In this document: one piece after another, positions 18,912 through 33,287 of the stretch
Layout of the letters: the number at the start of each line of letters is the position of its first letter
How positions within the stretch are numbered: the first letter of the stretch is position 1
From: Roseibacillus sp.
GTDB taxonomy: Bacteria; Verrucomicrobiota; Verrucomicrobiia; Verrucomicrobiales; Akkermansiaceae
Direction: 5' to 3'
DNA: 64,000 bases
NCBI GenBank assembly: GCA_051251855.1
Contig: JBPOGI010000003.1
Span: forward strand, 288,001 to 352,000
Notes under the pieces: model-generated
What the model was told of the DNA's origin: nothing
Seen by the model: the letters and a program-made list of their open reading frames with translations, nothing else
Database searches by the model: none
Position numbers and translations under genes: made by a program

Positions 18912-19763
18912 ATGACCTCCCGACTTGGTGTTAAGAAGACCTACAAACTCTTTATTGGTGGCAAATTTCCTCGTACGGAATCGGGCCGATTTATCGAGTT
19001 TGCAGGTGGTGATGGGGAATTCCTGGCGAATGTCTCTTGGGGAAGTAAAAAGGACTTACGAAATTCGGTGGTAGCTGCTCGCTCTGCTCAGTGCGGATGG
19101 GCGGGAGCTTCAGCATATCTGAAGGGGCAGATTCTTTATCGGATCGCAGAGGTTCTGGATGGTCGTGGCTCTCAGTTTGTGGATGAGCTGGTAGCACAGG
19201 GCTTAGACGAAGCGGCGGCAGCGAAAGAGGTTAGCGAAGCTATTGACCTTTTAGTGCACTATGCGGGCTGGAGTGATAAATACAGCGCGCTCTTCTCTAG
19301 CGTGAATCCGGTAGCGAGTTCGCATTTTAACTTTTCTGTTCCGGAGCCGATGGGCGTTGTTGGAATGATTGCGCCGAATCGTTCGGGTCTCTTGGGACTT
19401 GTCTCTGTTCTTGCTCCCGCCATTGTGGGTGGAAACAGCGTGATATTACTTGCGTCCGAAAAGTTTCCTCTCACTGCGATTTCGTTTGCAGAGGTTCTCG
19501 CGACATCCGACGTGCCAGGTGGGGTGGTGAATATTCTGACCGGTAAGCGCGATGAGTTACAGGTCGCATTCGCCAGTCACATGGACATTAACGGGGTCGT
19601 TCTTTGCAGTGGTGATAAGGCGGCGATCAAGGCTGTTGAGCTTGAGTCTGCTGAAAACCTTAAAAGGGTGGTGAAGCATTCGGATCGTCCCTTGGCGGCA
19701 AGTCCCTATCACATTCTCGACCTCCAAGAGACCAAGACGACTTGGCACCCGATTGGGGTTTAG
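18912..19763 (+). CDS. Aldehyde dehydrogenase family protein, short form (NAD-binding part only)
   Basis: KTYKLFIGGKFPRTESGR, EPMGVVG, PGGVVNILTG; 283 aa. Confidence 0.85.
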   Translation: MTSRLGVKKTYKLFIGGKFPRTESGRFIEFAGGDGEFLANVSWGSKKDLRNSVVAARSAQCGWAGASAYLKGQILYRIAEVLDGRGSQFVDELVAQGLDEAAAAKEVSEAIDLLVHYAGWSDKYSALFSSVNPVASSHFNFSVPEPMGVVGMIAPNRSGLLGLVSVLAPAIVGGNSVILLASEKFPLTAISFAEVLATSDVPGGVVNILTGKRDELQVAFASHMDINGVVLCSGDKAAIKAVELESAENLKRVVKHSDRPLAASPYHILDLQETKTTWHPIGV

Positions 19764-19807
19764 TGCGAAAAGTTCGCTAAATTTTTTCTCTTCTGCATGA
19801 TAGTCTC

Positions 19808-20512
19808 ATGCGCAGCATTTTATTGTTCGTCCTTTTCGCTTCATTTTTGGGTGCGGATGAAAAGCCGGTGGCTCAGATTGACGGCACTGGTGCAGGCTGG
19901 GCTGACCTAACGAGCAAAGACTTTGTCAACATCAATTGCAAAGAGGATACTTGGAAATGGGAGGGGAATAATGCCTCCTGTTCAGGTCAACCTGTAGGTG
20001 TGATTGCAACTCAGGAGGTTTTTACGAATTTCGAACTCTCACTGGAATGGAAGCACCATAAGCCGGCTGGGAATTCTGGAGTCTTTGTATGGGGAATTCC
20101 GGAGATTCTAACAGCAATGAAAGAGGGAGATGATAAGCGACTATTGCCTGCTGGAATCGAGGTTCAAGTGCTCGATTTAGCCTACAAGACGAATTACGAG
20201 AAAAAGGGGAAGGTTGCGACCTGGTTCACTTGTCACGGGGACGTCTTTGCGGTTGGAGAGGCCAAGTTGACTCCGTTTCCTCCGCTTTCGCCTAATGGGA
20301 GTCGCTCCTTTCCGACGGCTGAAACCACGAGACCTCATGGGGAGTGGAACCACTATTATATCCGCTGTCTTAATGGAGATGTTCGTCTTTGGGTGAATGG
20401 TAAGGAGGTGTCGGGCGGAAACCAAGCGAGCCCAGCAAGCGGTCAGATTTGTTTGGAGTCCGAGGGTTCGCCTATCGATTTTCGTAACCTGAGAATTCGG
20501 GTGCTCCCTTAG
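19808..20512 (+). CDS. DUF1080 / 3-keto-disaccharide hydrolase family secreted protein
   Basis: NFELSLEW, GNSGVF, EVQVLD, GEWNHY, GQICLESEG.PIDFRNLRI. Confidence 0.88.
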   Translation: MRSILLFVLFASFLGADEKPVAQIDGTGAGWADLTSKDFVNINCKEDTWKWEGNNASCSGQPVGVIATQEVFTNFELSLEWKHHKPAGNSGVFVWGIPEILTAMKEGDDKRLLPAGIEVQVLDLAYKTNYEKKGKVATWFTCHGDVFAVGEAKLTPFPPLSPNGSRSFPTAETTRPHGEWNHYYIRCLNGDVRLWVNGKEVSGGNQASPASGQICLESEGSPIDFRNLRIRVLP

Positions 20513-20579
20513 ATCTAAAGAAAAACCCCCGCCGCTCGCCAGCGACAGGGGCTTTTGGGGGACATGGTGGACAGGGTTT

Positions 20580-22583
20580 TTAGTGGGATGCGACCATGGG
20601 AGGGGCAAGAGCCAGCATGAGGCAGGGCATATTGGCTGCGAAGTCGAGGTCCGCTGCTCGGCGGGTCAAGTCATCGAAGGTGCGAGGCACGAAGGGGGGA
20701 ACCGGATCGTTAATGGGCATTCCTGAACCGGTAAGGAACCCGGAGAGGTGAGATTCAGAGCCTTGGTCGCGTTCGCTAATATGAACAAATCCAATGGAAC
20801 CAGTAGTCGCTGGGACGAAGGGGGGAATGGGAGCGTTGAAGGCTCCCGCCTCGCCGCCGTGGCAGCCACTACAAGTGTTCAGGGAGAAGCAATGACGAGC
20901 ATCGTTATTAGAGATGCCGGTTGCGCTCCAAACGAAGGGTGGGACTTCTGACTTTCCTGCCAAGAAGGGAGTCGCCCCTGGGAAGGATAGGGGAACGGTG
21001 TGAGCTCCCGCCAAGATGTCTGGTTCGAAGGTGTTGATGTAGTTGGCCAAGTCGGTGGTGTTATTCTTGATGGCAGCGGGGGTCTGTTTTGTAGTTACCT
21101 CAGTTAGGTCGTTAGGAGCGACGCCAGATCCGGTGATTTGCCACTCGCGCATGGTCCAAGGGCCACCGAGGAAGTTGTTGCTCCGGAGTTGGTTGAGAGC
21201 ACTTCCGTTGGGTTTGGAAGAATCGGAGTTGGCAAGAGAGACGAAGAGCATCAGGTCCTCGAGAGCAGGATTGAAGGTGGGGGAGCCCAAGCTGTCAGAG
21301 GTCAAGGCCTGCCATTGTTGGGCCCATTGCTTGATTTGGCGACAGCCTGAAAGGGGGACACCGTATTCAAAAATGACCGTCATCGGTAAGTGTGCGCCGG
21401 TATCGAGGTCGTAGGCGCAGAAGACAAAGCGCGCTTCGCCAGCATCGCCCGAGGTGTAGCCAGAGCCGCTGCGAAGGTCGACCCGATTGACGATGGCTGT
21501 CAGGCGGAAGGGAGCGTTTTGTAAGTCCAAGGGATCCAGTCCCATGGCAATGTTACGGGTTTCCCACTTTTCGATAATGTCGGCTTGTACAGCTCCTCCG
21601 CGAGGAGGGACGGTGTCGAAGTTGATCACTTGTGTCGTTTCAAAGTGATCGATCCATCGACGGGCAAAGAGCTTGGGATCGAGTCCGGTCATGGGCTGAT
21701 TGCAAAGCTGCTCCATCAGGAACTGGAAGGTCCATGTTCCACCGGGGGTTCCGGTGTTGGTGAAGGCGTCCCAGGTTCGATCAGGATCCTCCACTACAGT
21801 GAGGTCGGTGATGACGAGTGACTTGGCGGGATCGACTGCGGCGGCGGAGCCCATGATGGGAGCGCCGGGTATGACGACGGGTTGAATATCGCCTCCGTTG
21901 GTGAAGGGAAAGAGGTCAAAGTTATCACCGAGGTCCGCTTGAGTAGGAACGGTGAAATGGCCGGTAAGCTGACGACCCATATAGACTGGAACAGTGCCGT
22001 CGCCATTATTGCGCAGGCGTTCGAGTGAGGTGTTGAGTTCCTCTTTAAAGTTTTGAGAAACGCCATCAGGGAGTGTTCCGGAGAAGCCGCCAGGAATGGT
22101 TGTGGGCATCATTTGCACTCGTTGTCCTTCGAGGAAAATGGGGAATCCTTGAGGAAAAAATTCGTTGTCCTCTACTTCGGAATGGTTGGGTGGGAATTGG
22201 ATGGTGAGGGCGTTGCCATTGAGGGAGAGGGAGGAGGGCCGTGTTTTCCGAGTGTCGGGTACGGTGCCTTTTTCGATCAGTTGTTTGACTGTGGATCCAA
22301 ACTCTTGGTCTCCGACTTTCACTTTGGCACGGAAGAGTTTGGTCGGATCATCCATGGGAACGTCGAGTTCAATGATACGCTGTTGTTCATCGGCTGTGAC
22401 TTCGGTGGTGGTCGTTCCATCGGGGTTGATGCGCTCGATCTCCACCTGTGGGGCTTTGATACGGACACGCATGGAGTCGCCGCTGATTTCGGTGGATTCG
22501 ATTTCTTGTCCAAAGGCGAGTCCGCTACTGAGTCCAAGTAGAGGGAAGCCAATGAGTCGGAGGGGTCTGTATTTCATTTTCAT
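20580..22583 (-). CDS. Secreted hypothetical protein with a single CxxCH (c-type heme) motif
   Basis: Signal peptide; FRLTAIVNRVDL, GEARFVF, IFEYGVP, LNQLRSN, TCSGCH. Confidence 0.75.
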   Translation of the reverse strand: MKMKYRPLRLIGFPLLGLSSGLAFGQEIESTEISGDSMRVRIKAPQVEIERINPDGTTTTEVTADEQQRIIELDVPMDDPTKLFRAKVKVGDQEFGSTVKQLIEKGTVPDTRKTRPSSLSLNGNALTIQFPPNHSEVEDNEFFPQGFPIFLEGQRVQMMPTTIPGGFSGTLPDGVSQNFKEELNTSLERLRNNGDGTVPVYMGRQLTGHFTVPTQADLGDNFDLFPFTNGGDIQPVVIPGAPIMGSAAAVDPAKSLVITDLTVVEDPDRTWDAFTNTGTPGGTWTFQFLMEQLCNQPMTGLDPKLFARRWIDHFETTQVINFDTVPPRGGAVQADIIEKWETRNIAMGLDPLDLQNAPFRLTAIVNRVDLRSGSGYTSGDAGEARFVFCAYDLDTGAHLPMTVIFEYGVPLSGCRQIKQWAQQWQALTSDSLGSPTFNPALEDLMLFVSLANSDSSKPNGSALNQLRSNNFLGGPWTMREWQITGSGVAPNDLTEVTTKQTPAAIKNNTTDLANYINTFEPDILAGAHTVPLSFPGATPFLAGKSEVPPFVWSATGISNNDARHCFSLNTCSGCHGGEAGAFNAPIPPFVPATTGSIGFVHISERDQGSESHLSGFLTGSGMPINDPVPPFVPRTFDDLTRRAADLDFAANMPCLMLALAPPMVASH

Positions 22584-23482
22584 TGTTTGTGCTTGTTTTT
22601 AGTTTCTTTGATTTGTTCGTCCGAGGTTTTGTGAAGTATTTCTTTGAGCCATGGTCTGAGTGCGTGCACTTCGAGTGAGAGTCCAACTTCGCCAAAGCTG
22701 CCGTTGAGCCGATGGTCTTGGTCGCGATGCCCGCGATGGCGGGCACAGTTGAGACTGACGAGACGAGTGCGACCTTGTTGGTCGAGGATGAGCCCTGCAC
22801 CTCCAGAGTCGCCCGAGGCGAAATGGGCTTCGTGAGGGCCCAGGGTGTCGGCAGAATCGAAGTGATAGATCCAGATGGGCCAATCGCCTGGAGGGAGCCG
22901 GAAGTCGAGGCACTGGCCAGGAGAGAGGGATTTTTCGAAATGATTGAAGCCGATGGTGAAGGTGCCGCTGCTTTCGATGGCTCCTAGTTGCCCTGTGCCC
23001 CGATGCCCGAATCCAGTGAGGGCGATGAGGTCGCCAGCATTGATCGGTTGTGTTGAGATTTGGAGACCGGAGACTTCGTGCGCAGGGATGGGTTGGTCGA
23101 GTTCGATGAGGGCTGCGTCCCAAATTTTTCGCAAGGGAGCGGTGGTGCCGGAGGGATGAAGTTGAATTGATTTCCAGTGGCGACGCTGGTTTTGGGCATT
23201 TGGAAAGGTGACGAGTCCATTCTTCAGCTGCTCAGGTCGCAAACAATTGGTGACGTGGGCTGCGGTGAGAATGTGGGTTCCGCCCTCGAGGAGGACGCCA
23301 CTTGCAGGAACGCCGAAGGGGGTGTGGATGAGGACGATGGCACTGGTGTCGAGACCTTCCTTCCAAGATTTGACCTGGGCCGTAAGAGTTGGATCAAGCT
23401 TGCCGCTTCTTGCGAGAACAAGGGCGTTGGTTGACGATACTCCGAGAAGGAGAAGGGTCGAAACCATTGCAAGCGCTCGCAT
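22580..23482 (-). CDS. Secreted trypsin-like (S1) serine protease
   Basis: ILTAAHV, DAALIEL and GDSGG catalytic triad motifs; signal peptide. Confidence 0.85.
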   Translation of the reverse strand: MRALAMVSTLLLLGVSSTNALVLARSGKLDPTLTAQVKSWKEGLDTSAIVLIHTPFGVPASGVLLEGGTHILTAAHVTNCLRPEQLKNGLVTFPNAQNQRRHWKSIQLHPSGTTAPLRKIWDAALIELDQPIPAHEVSGLQISTQPINAGDLIALTGFGHRGTGQLGAIESSGTFTIGFNHFEKSLSPGQCLDFRLPPGDWPIWIYHFDSADTLGPHEAHFASGDSGGAGLILDQQGRTRLVSLNCARHRGHRDQDHRLNGSFGEVGLSLEVHALRPWLKEILHKTSDEQIKETKNKHKQ

Positions 23483-23625
23483 AAGCCCTTCCAACCGGAG
23501 ACCGATTTCGTCATTTTTAAAAAAGGTGACGATGAGAAGACGTCCCAGTCGGAGAGTCGGCTTTTATTACCGCATCCTAGCGATTTCGGCGGCAGTAAAG
23601 GCCGCCGCTTCATAAGAGCCCTCTA

Positions 23626-24591
23626 CTAGCTACAGAGAGGTTTGCAGAGTTTGAGGATTTTTTCGCTCATCTCAGCTTTTCCTTCAGCAACTTCGCGCAC
23701 GCTGGTGGTGCTATAGAGTCCGTCTCGGTAGGTCATGATACGGCTGGTTTCTCCTCGTTGCAGGGAGTCAATGGCGCCGGTAGCAAAGTGATAGGCCATA
23801 ATGCGATCGCGCACAGTAGGGGAGCCTCCGCGTTGGGTGTGGCCGAGCACAGTGAGACGAGCGTCCATATTGAGGGTGTCGCCTACCCAGCGAGTGAGGT
23901 AGTCGCCCATCTTGACACCCTCGGCAACGATGGCAATGAGGTAGGTGCGTCCGTTTTCTTTCTCTTCGCGCAAACGTTCTTGCATGACGTCGAGGTCGTA
24001 ATCGATCTCGGGGACGAGACAGATTTCAGCCCCACAAGCGAGGGCGCTGACCATGGCGAGGTATCCACTGTGACGCCCCATAACCTCGATGACGAAGGCG
24101 CGGGAAAAGGAGCTGGCGGTGTCGCGAATGGAGTCGATGGAATTGAGAATGACGTTGAGAGCGGTATCGACGCCCAGGCAGTAGTCGGTGCCGGGAATGT
24201 CGTTATCGATGGTGGCAGGCACTCCAGCAAAGGGGATCTCGAAGTCGGCGTGAAATTGATGGAGGGCGTTGAAGGAGCCGTCGCCGCCAATGACGACCAG
24301 TTTGCCGATCCCTTTTTCCTTCAGGTTGTTGTAGGCGACTTGGCGCATCTCGTAGTCGAAGAATCGCTTGGAGCGAGAGGAGCGGAGGACGGTGCCGCCA
24401 CGGTGTAGGATGCCGGAGACGTCCTCGGGTTCGGCCTTCTTGATTTTGTCGTCGATGAGACCGCGCAGGCCGTCGTAGACGAGATAGGGTTCTAGGCCCT
24501 GCTGGCGGGCATAGTCGGTGGCGCATTTGATGGCGGGATTCATTCCTGCGGAATCACCGCCGGACGTCATAATGGCTACCTTGTCGCTCAT
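23626..24591 (-). CDS. pfkA: 6-phosphofructokinase
   Basis: TSGGDSAGMN, GGDGS, ATIDND, EVMGR, LGHTQRGG. Confidence 0.95.
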   Translation of the reverse strand: MSDKVAIMTSGGDSAGMNPAIKCATDYARQQGLEPYLVYDGLRGLIDDKIKKAEPEDVSGILHRGGTVLRSSRSKRFFDYEMRQVAYNNLKEKGIGKLVVIGGDGSFNALHQFHADFEIPFAGVPATIDNDIPGTDYCLGVDTALNVILNSIDSIRDTASSFSRAFVIEVMGRHSGYLAMVSALACGAEICLVPEIDYDLDVMQERLREEKENGRTYLIAIVAEGVKMGDYLTRWVGDTLNMDARLTVLGHTQRGGSPTVRDRIMAYHFATGAIDSLQRGETSRIMTYRDGLYSTTSVREVAEGKAEMSEKILKLCKPLCS

Positions 24592-24649
24592 GCTTCCCTC
24601 GTAGCAGCCTGCGAACCACGTGCAAGTCTGGGATGCAAGGTTTCGGTGC

Positions 24650-24805
24650 TTACATGATTTTTGCGCTGGCTCCCAGGAGACCGAGAATGACGAAGGCCAT
24701 GATCCATGCCATTACGAGCTGAAAGTTGAACAAAAGCGCGATGAGGAAAGCGGAAATGCCAACGAGAAGAACCCCTCGAACGGCGTAGCGTCCGAGTTTG
24801 TCCAA
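24650..24805 (-). CDS. Small two-helix membrane protein
   Basis: TTG start after purine-rich gcaggaag; 51 aa, almost wholly hydrophobic; start inferred. Confidence 0.4.
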   Translation of the reverse strand: MDKLGRYAVRGVLLVGISAFLIALLFNFQLVMAWIMAFVILGLLGASAKIM

Positions 24806-24927
24806 GCGATGATCTTCCTGCTTTATTGTTTGGAGATTGGCATAGAAAGGGAGAGGGTGGAAGTAGGAAAGGGAGCGGACTTCTGGGCGAGCCCAAAGCG
24901 GTGCGCAGCACCGCACTCCACAAGGTC

Positions 24928-26102
24928 CTAGAGCAAATGGGCGCCTTGGGCGGGGCGGGTGGCGAAGATTTCGGGGGTGATCTGGGTTTCGGAAAGATAG
25001 CGCTCGTGCATGGCAGTGGCGATTTCGCGCGCTTTGTCTTTAAGGCAAAGAGTGACGGTGGAGCCGCCAAAGCCGCCTCCGGTCATGCGGCTGCCGAGGA
25101 CGCCGCCATCAAAGCCGATGTCTTCGGCGGTGCGGACCATGAGGTCGAGTTCGGGACAGGAGACGTTGAAGTCGTCGCGCAAGGAATCGTGGGAGTCCTT
25201 CATGAGCTTGCCGATGTTGGCGTATTCGCCGGTTTTGAAACCTTCGGCGGCTTCGATGGTGCGTGCGATTTCGCCGACGACGTGGCGGGAGCGACGGTAG
25301 ACACGATCGCCCATGGCTTCCTTGGCGGCTTCGACATCAGCCAAGGTGGCATCGCGCCAACTACTTTTACCAATGGCGGCGAGGCCGTCTTCGGTGTCCT
25401 TGCGGCGGGCGGCGTAGCCTCCATCGGAGAGGTCGTGCGAGACGCAGGTGTTGGCGACGATGATTTCGAGATCAGGATTGGTGAAGGGGACGAGCTCGGG
25501 TTCACCGTTTTGACAATCGATGAGGATGAGCTGGTCTCTTTTGCCGAAGGCGGAGGCGAATTGGTCCATGATGCCGCAGGGGACACCGGCAAAGTCATGT
25601 TCGGCCTTTTGGGCGAGAAGAGCTTTTTCCTTGGTGTCGAGAGTGGTGTCGAGAAGACCTTCCAACAGCGTGGCGACGGCGCACTCGAGGGCCGCGGAAG
25701 AGGAGAGTCCTCCACCGGAGGGGACACTGGAGACAAAGCAGGCATCAAAGCCGGGGATGGTGTGACCGCGTTGTTGAAAGCCGTGAATGACCCCTCGCAC
25801 GTAGTTGGCCCACTTGGGCTCGGCGAGGGTGATTTCCTCGTCGAGAGAGATGGTGGCCTCCGGTTGGCCGACCGAGCGAAGGCGCACTTCATTACGGCCG
25901 TTGGGAGTGGCGGCGATGACGATGTAGCGTTCGATGGCGAGAGGGAGCACAAAGCCATCACAATAGTCGATGTGCTCGCCAATCAGATTGACGCGACCGG
26001 GCGCGGCGGCGGCGAGGCTGGCTTCGCTCCCGAAGTAGTGCTTAAGTTGGGACTTGGCGTCCGCGACGAGGTCGGCGAGTGGTTGATTCGGTTGGAGAGT
26101 CA

Positions 26103-26103
<1 letters not shown>
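24928..26103 (-). CDS. galK: Galactokinase
   Basis: APGRVNLIGEHIDY, GLSSSAALE, CGIMDQ, SRMTGGGFGG. Confidence 0.96.
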
Positions 26104-29870
<3,767 letters not shown>

Positions 29871-30007
29871 TCATAAACAGTCGGCAAGGGAAGAACCGTT
29901 ACAGGGAATGTGTGTTTTCACGCATCTTCTTTGAATTAAACAGACGAGTGTTGGGAGTATGGAGGGATTTCGCTGGTCACAGGCATCATTCTTGCTCTGC
30001 TAGTGAT

Positions 30008-30604
30008 ATGAAGATTGAAATTTCGCTGCCAGATTGGCTCAACGAGGAGGTGGGAGCACTGGATGAGGCCGGGTCTTGGTCTGCAGGCGATGAGCGTATG
30101 GCGTGGGTTCTCGCGCTGGCGCGGAAAAATATTACCGAAAAGAGTGGAGGTCCCTTTGCGGCGGCGGTTTTTGAGAAAGAGTCGGGTCGTTTGGTAGCTG
30201 CGGGGGTGAATCGGGTGATTCCTACTTTTACTTCCATTGCGCACGCTGAGACGGTGGCGTTGGCGTTGGCTCAGCAAAAGTTGAAGACTCACGATCTAGC
30301 GGCACCTGGTTTGCCGGATATGGAGTTGGTGGCTTCGGCGCAGCCTTGTATTCAATGTTTTGGGAATACTTGGTGGTCGGGGGTGAAGGGGCTGGTGATT
30401 GGCGCGCGGGCGGATGATGTAGAGGAGATTGTGGGTTTCCACGAGGGGCCCTTGCCGGAGGGGTGGCCGAGTTTGTTAGAAGACCGTCCCGGAGGATTGC
30501 CGTCGGTGACAGTGTCGCGGGATTTGTTGAGGGATGAAGCGAGAGAGGTGTTGGAGCTTTATCGGGATTCGGGCGGATTTGTTTACAATGCGGGTGGGGA
30601 GTGA
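30008..30604 (+). CDS. Nucleoside deaminase (Zn-dependent, CDA fold)
   Basis: GGPFAA, AHAE and PCIQC motifs. Confidence 0.88.
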   Translation: MKIEISLPDWLNEEVGALDEAGSWSAGDERMAWVLALARKNITEKSGGPFAAAVFEKESGRLVAAGVNRVIPTFTSIAHAETVALALAQQKLKTHDLAAPGLPDMELVASAQPCIQCFGNTWWSGVKGLVIGARADDVEEIVGFHEGPLPEGWPSLLEDRPGGLPSVTVSRDLLRDEAREVLELYRDSGGFVYNAGGE

Positions 30605-30673
30605 GACCGGGTGAAGGGGACGGGGTAGGACGTTCACCGCAGAGTCGCGGTGGCCGCTGAGAAACGCAGAGAT

Positions 30674-31276
30674 TTAGAGAGGGTAGTCGAATTTGGTGCG
30701 GATGAGGTGTTGAGGTGCGTTTTGATGGAGGAGATTTGTCAATTGTTGGAATTCTTCATCGCTGACTTTTGCGCGCGGAATTTCGAGAAACTTTGTAGGT
30801 CGAGGAAAGAAAAGAATGGAGTCGTGGAGAAGGCAGATGGCGGTCATTGTCTTCCAAGTGGTTTCTGAAAAATCGGAGCTAGTCAGGATACTGAGTCCAT
30901 CTTCATGAAACACCAATTCACGTTTTCCGACTAAGTCGGCGGTGTCAGAACCGTCCAGGTAGCGTTTACTGAAATTTTTTTCAATCTGAGCTCGCAACCT
31001 CAGTCCTTTGTTTGACCAGATATAGACCGTAGCTCCGGTAATGAAGACAAACGTCGAAATGATTGCGGCCCAGAAGACTCGCGGAAGGAGGTCGAACCCA
31101 TCATTGGTGAAGAGTAAGAGCAAAAAAGTGGCTCCCGTCGTCATAAAAATGAGCTTCCAGCGTTCTCTAACCTGAGTAGGAGCAAGAGAGATGCGATACT
31201 GAGTGTCGACCAGATCGTGAGGATTTGTTTCGAAGGTGACCGAAAGAAGAGGCTCTGTTTTCAGAAGCGAGGCCAC
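30674..31276 (-). CDS. YcxB-like membrane protein
   Basis: Two TM helices, then F.EDGL...W....IPR motif. Confidence 0.6.
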   Translation of the reverse strand: MASLLKTEPLLSVTFETNPHDLVDTQYRISLAPTQVRERWKLIFMTTGATFLLLLFTNDGFDLLPRVFWAAIISTFVFITGATVYIWSNKGLRLRAQIEKNFSKRYLDGSDTADLVGKRELVFHEDGLSILTSSDFSETTWKTMTAICLLHDSILFFPRPTKFLEIPRAKVSDEEFQQLTNLLHQNAPQHLIRTKFDYPL

Positions 31277-31290
31277 GGTATTCGTTGTAG

Positions 31291-31923
31291 CTAGCTGAAT
31301 TGAGCGATGGCTAGCTGGGCTGCCTCAGCGATGTCATCGGCGAGGAGGAGGTCGGAGACGATGACGACGCGTTGGGCGCCGGCTTCTTTGACGACTGAGA
31401 GGTTGTCGCGCTTGATGCCGCCGATACAGAAGACGGGGATTTGGCTGCCGACTTCGGCCATGACGGCGGGGATGTTTTCGAGCCCGATGCCGGGGCGGCC
31501 TTTTTTTGTGGGGGTGGGGAAAAGGGGGCCGAATCCGATGTAGTCGGCGCCTTCGGCGAGAGCGCCCTTGGCTTGTTCGGGGGAGTGAGTGGAGCGACCG
31601 ACGATTTTGCCTGCAGAAAGTTGTTCGCGTGCGGCTGAGAGGGGGCCGTCGTCTTGGCCGAGGTGCACTCCGTCGGCATCGACTTCTTTGGCGATGTCGA
31701 TGAAGTCGTTAATGATGAAGGGGACGCTTGCTTCGCGGCAGAGGGGTAGGAGTTCTTTGGCCCACGCGAGAATTTCGGATTTTTCGCGCCCTTTGGCTCG
31801 GAGTTGAATGATACCTGCCCCGCCGGCGATGAGTTGGCGGGTGACATGGATTAAGTTTTCCTCAGGAGCGTATCCGAGGTCGACGATTCCGTAGAGTTTT
31901 GCCTCCAACCAGTTGTTTGCCAT
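31291..31923 (-). CDS. thiE: Thiamine-phosphate synthase
   Basis: IQLRAK, IIND, GVHLGQDD, GRSTHS, GPLFPTPTK, IGGI. Confidence 0.95.
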   Translation of the reverse strand: MANNWLEAKLYGIVDLGYAPEENLIHVTRQLIAGGAGIIQLRAKGREKSEILAWAKELLPLCREASVPFIINDFIDIAKEVDADGVHLGQDDGPLSAAREQLSAGKIVGRSTHSPEQAKGALAEGADYIGFGPLFPTPTKKGRPGIGLENIPAVMAEVGSQIPVFCIGGIKRDNLSVVKEAGAQRVVIVSDLLLADDIAEAAQLAIAQFS

Positions 31924-31925
31924 CT

Positions 31926-33275
31926 TTAGAGGCCTTTTTCTTCAAGAAAGCGACCGACCCAACCGATGTCGTAAGTTCCCTTGATGAAGTCGGGGTGGTC
32001 GATGATTTCCTGCTGGAAGGGGATGGTGGTCTTGATACCGGAGATCATGAACTCGCCGAGGGCGCGCTTCATGCGAGCGATAGCCACGGTGCGGGAGGCG
32101 CCGGTGACGATGAGTTTGGCAATCATGGAATCATAGTGCGGAGGCACGGTGTATCCAGAATAGACATGGGTGTCGACGCGGACGCCTTTTCCGCCAGGAG
32201 CATACCAAAGGTCGATGGTTCCGGGGCTAGGACGGAAGCCGTTGTAGGGGTCCTCGGCATTGATACGGCACTCGATGGAGTGGCCACGAGGTTCGGCGTT
32301 GAGCACGTGGTCGGAGAGGGTCTCGCCGGCAGCGATGCGGATTTGCTCTTTGATGAGCTCGCAGCCCATGACCTCTTCGGTGACGGGGTGCTCGACCTGA
32401 ATCCGCGTGTTCATCTCCATGAAGTAGAAGTTCTCTTCTTCATCGACGAGGTATTCGATAGTGCCGGCGTTTTGGTAATCGATGGCGGAAATGAGGCTGA
32501 CGGAGGCCTTGCCCATCTTCTCGCGTAGTGCGGGAGTGAGGAGGGGGCTGGGGCATTCCTCGATGATCTTCTGGTTGCGGCGCTGCATGGAGCAATCGCG
32601 TTCGCCAAGGTGCATGTAGTTGCCGTGGCTGTCGCCCATCACTTGGAATTCGACGTGATGGGGATTGAGGACGAGCTTTTCCAAATAGCAGGCACCGTTG
32701 CCAAAGCAGGCGACTGCTTCGTTGCTGGCGGCTTGGAATTGGCTGATAAATTCTTCTTCTTTGAAAACGGGACGCATACCGCGACCTCCTCCTCCGGCGG
32801 TGGCCTTGACCATCACGGGGAAGCCAATTTTCTTAGCCGCCGCTAAGCCGTCTTCGGGAGTGGCAAGGAGGCCAGTGCCGGGAGTGACGGGGACGCCGTT
32901 GGCGAGGGCGGTGGTGCGGGCGGTGTCTTTGTCGCCCATTTGGCGGATGACGTCGGCAGAGGGCCCAATGAATTTGACTTGGCAGCTGGCGCAAATTTCA
33001 GCAAAGCGAGGATTCTCCGAGAGAAATCCATAACCAGGGTGAATGGCGTCGGCTTCGGTGATTTCGGCAGCGGCAAGGATGCGGTCCGGCTTGAGGTAGC
33101 TATCCTTGCTGGAAGCACCTCCGATGCAAACGGCCTCATCGGCAAGTTGCACATGCATGGAATCGACGTCGGCTTCGGAGTAAACCGCCACGGAGGCAAC
33201 TCCGAGTTCGCGGCATGCACGAATGATGCGAAGAGCGATTTCCCCGCGGTTCGCGACGAGAACTTTGGAAAACAT
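31926..33275 (-). CDS. accC: Acetyl-CoA carboxylase biotin carboxylase subunit
   Basis: ANRGEIALR, HPGYGFLSEN, GGGGRGM, EMNTRIQVEHPVTE. Confidence 0.97.
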   Translation of the reverse strand: MFSKVLVANRGEIALRIIRACRELGVASVAVYSEADVDSMHVQLADEAVCIGGASSKDSYLKPDRILAAAEITEADAIHPGYGFLSENPRFAEICASCQVKFIGPSADVIRQMGDKDTARTTALANGVPVTPGTGLLATPEDGLAAAKKIGFPVMVKATAGGGGRGMRPVFKEEEFISQFQAASNEAVACFGNGACYLEKLVLNPHHVEFQVMGDSHGNYMHLGERDCSMQRRNQKIIEECPSPLLTPALREKMGKASVSLISAIDYQNAGTIEYLVDEEENFYFMEMNTRIQVEHPVTEEVMGCELIKEQIRIAAGETLSDHVLNAEPRGHSIECRINAEDPYNGFRPSPGTIDLWYAPGGKGVRVDTHVYSGYTVPPHYDSMIAKLIVTGASRTVAIARMKRALGEFMISGIKTTIPFQQEIIDHPDFIKGTYDIGWVGRFLEEKGL

Positions 33276-33287
33276 AAGGGTGAGGCG

